Of a stretch of 64,000 nt of DNA, positions 57,085 through 64,000 are shown in pieces. A program made the translations under genes and the position numbers. How positions within the stretch are numbered: the stretch's first letter is position 1; each line of letters starts with the position of its first letter. The notes under the pieces were generated by a model, which saw only the letters and a list, made by a program, of their open reading frames with translations, was not told where the DNA came from and searched no databases. The stretch comes from Squalus acanthias (Eukaryota). The DNA lies in assembly GCA_030390025.1 (NCBI GenBank), contig CM059438.1, positions 62,126,001-62,190,000 of the forward strand. Reading direction: 5' to 3'.

Positions 57085-59897
57085 CTTGTAGGAGTTCAAA
57101 TCCAGCCAGCGTTGTTTAGAAAGTTTGTGTTTCTCTGAAGACAGTGGGTACGAACACCATCTTTTCGCCTCTTTGATTGAATTGAGCAGTACTCCCATCA
57201 ACCCTGTGGTTGTGGTTGACTCTTAACTGCCCTCTGAAATGGCCTAGCAAGCCACTCAGTTGTAACAAACCGCTACGAAACACAATAATATGAATAAAAC
57301 CGGACGGACCACCCGACATCAACCTTGGCACCAGCCAAGGACATGACAACAGCACACCCAGCCCAGTCAACCCTGCAAAGTCCTCCTCACCAACATCTGG
57401 GGACTTGTGCCTAAATTGGGAGAGCTGTCCCACAGACTAGTCAAGCAACAGCCTGACATAGTCATACTCACAGCATCATACCTTTCAGCCAATGTCCCAA
57501 ACTCCTCCATCACCATCCCTGGGTATGTCCTGTCCCATCGGCAGGACAGACCCACCAGAGGTGGTGGCACAGTGGTATACGGGAGGGAGGGAGTGGCCCG
57601 GGGAGCCCTCAACATTGATTCCGGACCCCATGAAGTCTCATGGCATCAGGTCAAACAAGGAAACCGCCTGCTGAGTGCCACCTACCGCCCTCCCTCAGCT
57701 GATGAATCAGTACTCCTCCATGTTGAACAACACTTGGAAGAAGCACTGAGGGTAGAAAGGGCACAGAATGTACTCTGGGGCAGGGACTTCAATGTCCGTC
57801 ATCAAGAGTGGCTCGGTCGCACCACTACTGACCGAGCTGGCCGAGTCCTGAAGGACATCGCTGCCAGTAAGGCCTGTGGCAGGTGGTAAGAGAACCCAAC
57901 ATGAGCGAAAAACCTACTTGACCTCGTCCTCCCCAATCTACCTGTCGCAGGTGCATCTGTCCATGACAGTATTGGTAGAAGTGACCACCGCACAGTCCTT
58001 GTGGAGACGAAGTCCCGTCTTCACACTGAGAACACCCTCCATCGTGTTGTGTGGCACTACCACTGTGCTAATCTAGCAGCTCAAAACTGGGCATCCATGA
58101 GGTGCTGTGGGCCATCAGCAGCAGCAGAATTGTATTCCACCACAACCTGTAACCTCATGCATGGCATATCCCTCACTCTGCCATTACCATCAAGCCAGGG
58201 GACCAACCCTGGTTCAATGAGGAGTGTAAAAGAGCACGCTAGGAGCAGCACCAGGCGTACCTAAAAATGAGGTGCCATCCTAGGGAAGCTACAACACAGG
58301 ACTACATGCATGCTAAACAGCAGAAGCAGCATGCTATAGACAGAGCTAAGCGATCCCACAATCAATAGATCAGATCATAGATCTGCAGTCCTGCCACATG
58401 GTGGTGAAGACGAATCCAATCCAGCCAATTACCGCCCCATCAGTCTACTCTCAGTTATCAGCAAAGTGATGGAAGGTGTCGTCGACAGTGCTATCAAGTG
58501 GCACTTAATCACCAATAACCTGCTCACCGATGCTCAGTTGGGTTCCGCCAGGACCACTCGGCTCCAGACCTCATTACTGTCTTGGTCCAAACATGGATAA
58601 AAGAGCTGAATTCCAGAGGTGAGGTGAGAGTGACTGCCCTTGACATCAAGGCAGCATTTGACTGAGTGTGGCATCAAGGAACCCTAGTAAAATTGAAGTC
58701 AATGGGAATCAGGGGGAAAGCTCTCCACCGGCTGGAGTCATACCTAGCACAAAGGAAGATCGTTGTGGTTGTTGGAGACCAATCATCTCAGCCCCAGGAC
58801 ATCGCTGCAGTGTCCTAGGCCCAAACATCTTCAGCTGCTTCATTAATGACCTTCTCTCCATCATAAGGTCAGAAATGGGGATGTTCGCTGATGATTGCAC
58901 AATGTTTAGTTCCATTCGCAACTCCTCAGATAATGAAGCAGCCCGTGCCCACATGCAACAAGATTGGGACAACGTTCAGGCTTGGGCTGATAAGTGGCAA
59001 GTTATATTCGCGCCACACAAGTGCCAGGCAATGACCATCTCCAACAAGAGAAAGTCTAACCACCTCCCTATGACATTCAATGGCATTACCATCATTGAAT
59101 CCTCCACCATCAACATCCTGGGGGTCACCATTGACCAGAAACTTAACTGGACCAACCACATAAATACTGTAGCTGCAAGAGGATGGGTATTCTGCAGAGA
59201 GTGACTCTCCTCCTGACTGCCAAAGCCTTTCCACCATCTACAAGGCATAAGTCAGGAGTGTGATGGAATACTCTCCACTTGCCTGATGAGTGCAGCTTCA
59301 ACAACATTCGAAACTCAATGCCATCCAGGATAAAGCAGCCTGCTGGATTAGCACCCCATCCACCACCTTAAACATTCACTCCCTACACCACTGGCGTACC
59401 ATGGCTACAGTGTGTACCATCTACAAGATGCACTGCAGCAACTCGGCAAACCTTTGACAGCATGTCCAAGTCACACACTAATACAAAAAGAAAATACTGC
59501 AGATGCTGGAAATCTGAAATAAAAACAGAAAATGCTGGAGATACTCAGCAGGTCAGGCAGCATCCGTGAAGAGAGAAACAGAGTTAACGTTTCAGGTCGA
59601 TGACCTTTTGTCAACTCTTCACAGATGCTGCCTGACCTGCTGAGTATCTCCAGCATTTTCTGTTTTTATTTCAAGTCGCACACTATCCTGACTTGGAAGT
59701 ATATCGCCGTTTCTTCATCGTCGCTGGGTCAAAATCCTGGAACTCCCTACCTTACAACACTCTGGGAGAACCTTCACCACACAGACCACAGCGGTTCAAG
59801 GCGGCGGCTCACCACCACCTTCGCTAGGGCAATTGGGGATGGGCAATAAATGCTGGCCTTGCCAGTGACGCCCACATCCCATGAATGAATTTTTTAA
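57085..59897 (+). mobile_element. Degraded near-full-length single-ORF LINE (APE endonuclease plus RT)
   Basis: 57407..57889 QPDIVILT, HRQDRPTRGGG, YRPPS, DFN; downstream NYRPISLLS, QLGSARTT/DIKAAFD region and MFADDC; same 3' tail as 31570. Confidence 0.87.
59481..59671. mobile_element. Fold-back insertion of PLE family A 3' end, inside the LINE
   Basis: Arms 59515-59573 / 59615-59673; tail on the left arm only; TSD caagtcacacacta (59467-59480) / caagtcgcacacta (59672-59685). Confidence 0.87.
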
Positions 59898-60779
59898 AAT
59901 CCCCTGAGATAAGAGAGTTCTTGAAAATAGCAACAACTCGGCATCTTCATTTGTTGTGACTCATTTATTAGAAACGCTGAGAAGTGATCACATACCATGA
60001 CAGGAATTTGGGTTTGTACAGGAACGAGTGAGGATTGTTAATTCCCTATTGTAGTTCTCTTGGTGGCTGTGATTTCTTCAATATTTCCGTGATGGGCGTA
60101 CTGCCATTTCTATCTTTATAGCTGCCTCACTAGAAAAGCCCTGAAGAATTACATCCTCTAAGTGCTGACTCAGCAAAGCCTACGTTTAATTCTGCACATG
60201 ACGCAGCCTGGCCACTGATGACCCATTCAACACCAAGCTTTAAAACTGAGAGAGATTTTTTTTTAACTATAAACCTGTAACAAAGTGATGTGCCATTTTA
60301 GTATATTACGAGTAAAACTCCCGTGACGTTTCTCATCATAAGTCAGATGATGCGTTGTCAGAGCCAGAGAACTTTGCAAATTGGAATGTCTTTGAGAGTT
60401 TCAGGCACCTGACATTTAAGATTGTATTGCATCTGTAACAAAGTCGACATATGTAAATGTCACAATGTGACAGGTATGTGTTGCATATGCATGCACTCCC
60501 TATAAGTGACCTTCCCATCACACCTAAGCAATACTTATCTATACTTAACCATATACTTACCTTTGACTAGGAGCTCCCAGCTTCCATCTCCAAGGTTGAA
60601 GGCTGCACCTGGTTGAGGCCTACTGAAATTGAGCATCTCCCTGTCCCCTTTCCCACTGCTGCAGCTCTGACTGACTCGACCCCTGAATTAATTCTTCACC
60701 CCTTCTTATCTGCTCCCATCTACCTGCCCGAGTATCTGAACTTACTTCGCTGCCTGTTTATGCACTCCCCCCGAATCAA

Positions 60780-61440
60780 GAGCCCATCCCCCCCCCCCCC
60801 CCCCCAATCCCCACTGCCAACTTGTCTCAGGGAAAACCCTTATTGTTGCACCATCAGCAGCATTCTGGAACCCCACCAACCCCTCCCCTTCTCATTGGTC
60901 CCACCCCACAGGATAGCCCTTCTGGTGGACCCACTCCGCACGATCCCCCTCTTGGTACTCCCACACCCATCAACCACTCCCCTTCCCATTGGTCCCACCC
61001 ATAGGATATCCCTCCTGCTATTCCCATATTGATCTACCTCTATTACAACCCCAAGTCCACACTGCTACACCCAGCACTCAGTATCCCACACCTCAGACCT
61101 TCTCCTACTCCTCCCACACTCTACGATTCCTCTTGGTGCTGCCAAATCCTGATACTCCTCGCCCACACCTACCAGACCCTAATCCCCACTTCTCCTGTGC
61201 ACAATAAACACTCCCCCCCTGCACTGACTACACATTCCACATCCTTTTCGTTTCACCCAGACCCTCCTGCACCCCCAAGTGCTTCTGCGCTCCATTGCCC
61301 AAACCTCAAGACTACCCTCCCAATACTGCCAATCGACAAACTCTCCATTCTCCCCTCCCATACTGCTACATCCAGTTCATGCAAGCAGCCTCCCACCTAC
61401 CTACAGCCCAGAACATCTTCCCCACCATCTTCCTGGGCTT
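60780..61440. repeat. C-rich, G-poor low-complexity tract with short ccct..attggtccca repeats
   Basis: Strong C>>G strand skew. Confidence 0.6.
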
Positions 61441-61559
61441 TTAAAAAAAAAAAAGGTAAGCGATAAACCCAGCTACATAGTTAAACAAACATTTATAACA
61501 AACACGACTTGCAGTTTCAACACAAATATGCTGGTAATCCTAGAGTTCAAGCCCGAAAT

Positions 61560-62365
61560 TGCCACTAACACTGACGGTACTCTAAGTTTAGGAGGTAGAG
61601 TTAATTCTTTAGAAAACCAAAGGAAGCTGCAAAGTGATATTGGTAAGATGGGGAATGGGCTAAAGGATAGCAGATGGAATTCAGCATCAGTAAGTGTGAG
61701 GTGATGTATTTTGGTTTTAAAAAAAACAGCAGTAAGTATACTCTGAATGATCAGTAGACTCGGTGCTGTGGTAGAGACAAGGGATTTAGGAGTACAGGTC
61801 CACAGGATATTAAAGGCAGCACCTCAGGTTCATAAGGCTGTTCGTGTTTTCTTTTTTAAAAAAGCTAATTTATTCGAGGTTTTATTACAAGAGGTATGGA
61901 CTATAAAAGCCAAGAGGTGGTGATAAACCAATATAAAACCTTAAGACCTCAGTTAGAGTACAGTGTGCAGTATTGGATGCCACACTATCGGAAGGATGTT
62001 GAGACTTTAGAGGGGGCACAATGCAGATTCACGAGGTTGCTGCCTGGTATGAGGGAATACAAATATCAAGAAAGACTTGGGAAAATTGCAATATGTTTTT
62101 GTTAGAACAACTCCGGTTACAGGTGATAGAAGTGTTTAAACTTATGAATAGATTGGACAGGGGAGGTAAAAGCAGACTGTTCACAAGACTGAGGGGCCAT
62201 AACTACAAGATTAAATGTAAGGTTTTAAAACAGAGGGAAGGAGAAACTTTACACAGAGCTGTGAGACTGTAGCATTCACTTTCTGGGCTAATGTTTGAAG
62301 GAGAAACTGTCAGCATTCCTGATTAGATTGGATAGGTGGATGAAGGAAAAGGGGTGGAAGGGACA
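61560..62365 (+). mobile_element. Old CR1 3' fragment
   Basis: YKTLRPQLEYSVQYWMPHYRKDVETLEGAQCRFTRLLPG. Confidence 0.8.
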
Positions 62366-64000
62366 TGGGAACCGGGCGTTTCTGCGGCCGCAAATGAGAC
62401 TCCAGGATGGTATGTTGCCTCCCTGGTGCAAGGGTCAAGGATGTCTCAGAGCGGCTACAGAGCATTTTGGAAGGGGAGGGTGAACAGCCAGTTGTCGTGG
62501 TGCATATAGCTACCAACGATATAGGTAAAAAACGGGATGAGGTCCTAAAAGCAGAATATAGGGAGTTAGGAGGTAAATTAAAAAATAGGACCTCAAAGGT
62601 AGTAATCTCAGGATTGCTACCAGTGCCACGTGCTAGTCAGAGTAGAAATAGAAGGATATTTCAAATGAGGTGGGACTAGTACAAACCGGACGGTCTACAC
62701 CTGGGCAGGGCCGGGACCGATGTCCTAGGGGGGAGTGTTTCCTAGTGCACTGGGGGAGGGTTTAAACTAAAATGGCAGGGGGTTGGAAACCTGAGCAGGG
62801 AGACAGAGGAAAGGGAAACAAGGATAAAAACAAAAGATAGGAAGGAGAAAAACAAAAGTGGCAGTCAGAGAAAACAACGGTTTAAATCAAACATGTCCAC
62901 AGTAAATACTAATTCTAATAGGTCTAAGAGTGTTAAAAAAACAAACCTGGAGGCTTTGTGTCTTAATGCAAGGAGCATTCGGAACAAGGTGGATGAATTA
63001 GCTGCACAAATAGAGGTAAACAAATATGATTTGATTGGGATTACCGAAACATGGCTCCAGGGTGGCCAAGGCTGGAAACTTAATATCCAAGGGTACTCAA
63101 TATTCAGGAAAGATAGGCAAAAAGGAAAGGGAGGTGGGGTAGCATTGCTGGTTAAAGAGGGGATTAACACAATTGAAAGGAAGGATATTAGCTCTGATGA
63201 TGTGGAATCTGTATGGGTTGAACTGAGAAATAACAAGGGGCAGAAAACATTAGTGGGAGTGATATATAGACCTCCAAACAGTAATGCGGAGGTTGGGGAT
63301 GGCATTAAAAGGGAAATTAGAGAAGCGTGCAATAAGGGCACAGCAGTCATCATGGGTGACTTTAATCTACATATAGATTGGGCTAACCAAATTAGTAACA
63401 ATACTATGGAGGAGGAATTCCTGGAGTGTTTACGGGATGGTTTCCTGGACCAATATATTGAGGAACCAACCAGAGATCAGGCCATCTTAGACTGGGTATT
63501 ATGCAATGAGAAAGGATTAATTAGCAATCTTGTTGTGCGAGGCCCCTTGGGTCGGAGCGATCATAATATGATAGAATTCTTCATTAGGATGGAGAATGAA
63601 GTAGTTGACTCAGAGACTAGGTACCTGAATTTAAATAAAGGAAACTACGATGGTATGAGGTGCGGGTTGGGTAGGTTTGATTGGGGAATGTCACTCAAAG
63701 GGTTGACAGTGGATAGGCAATGGCAAACATTCAAAGACCGCATGGTCGAACTACAGAATTTGTTGTTCCCAGTTTGGCATAAGAATAAAACAAAAAAGGT
63801 GACTCAACCGTGACTAACAAGGGAAATTAGGGATAGCATAAGATCCAAGGAGAGGGCATATAAATTGGCCAGAAAAAGCAGTAACCCTGAGGATTGGGAG
63901 CAGTTTAAGATTCAACAAAGGAAGACAAAGGGATTAATTAAGAAGGGGAAAATAGAATACGAGAGTAAGCTTGCAGGGAACATAAAAACTGACTGTAAAA
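62366..64000 (+). mobile_element. CR1 LINE: ORF1 SGNH-esterase part plus ORF2 endonuclease, runs off the window
   Basis: VCCLPGARVKD..VHIATNDI..DGLHL; ORF 62893..63813 is highly similar to 36554..37747. Confidence 0.92.

Noticed and set aside
53835..64000. Next exon with the catalytic GTSIG motif
   Set aside because: Not found by eye. It probably lies beyond the window, so its absence is not evidence of pseudogenisation.

Overview
Eukaryotic genomic DNA, most likely from a shark or other cartilaginous fish (inferred from the repeat content). The window holds seven internal + strand coding exons (878 nt, one continuous frame, all GT-AG) of a neuropathy-target-esterase family gene, most like PNPLA7. 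They run from the third cNMP-binding domain to the patatin glycine-rich loop, and both gene ends lie outside the window. The introns are filled with nested CR1 and L2 LINEs, a compact single-ORF LINE, Deu-domain and other tRNA-derived SINEs, hAT and PIF/Harbinger-like DNA elements, and mini/microsatellites. The strongest unexplained signal is two families of Penelope-like elements (PLEs) whose 3' ends carry minimal hammerhead ribozyme motifs, with apparent stem covariation. Three of them are ~190-230 bp fold-back insertions bounded by 11-14 bp target-site duplications (TSDs). Also notable are an Arg->Ser change in the cNMP phosphate-binding motif, an inverted CR1 pair bracketing a frame-neutral 471-nt exon block, and a 37-bp minisatellite inside a SINE Pol III promoter. 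Family names come from recalled motifs; no database searches were run.
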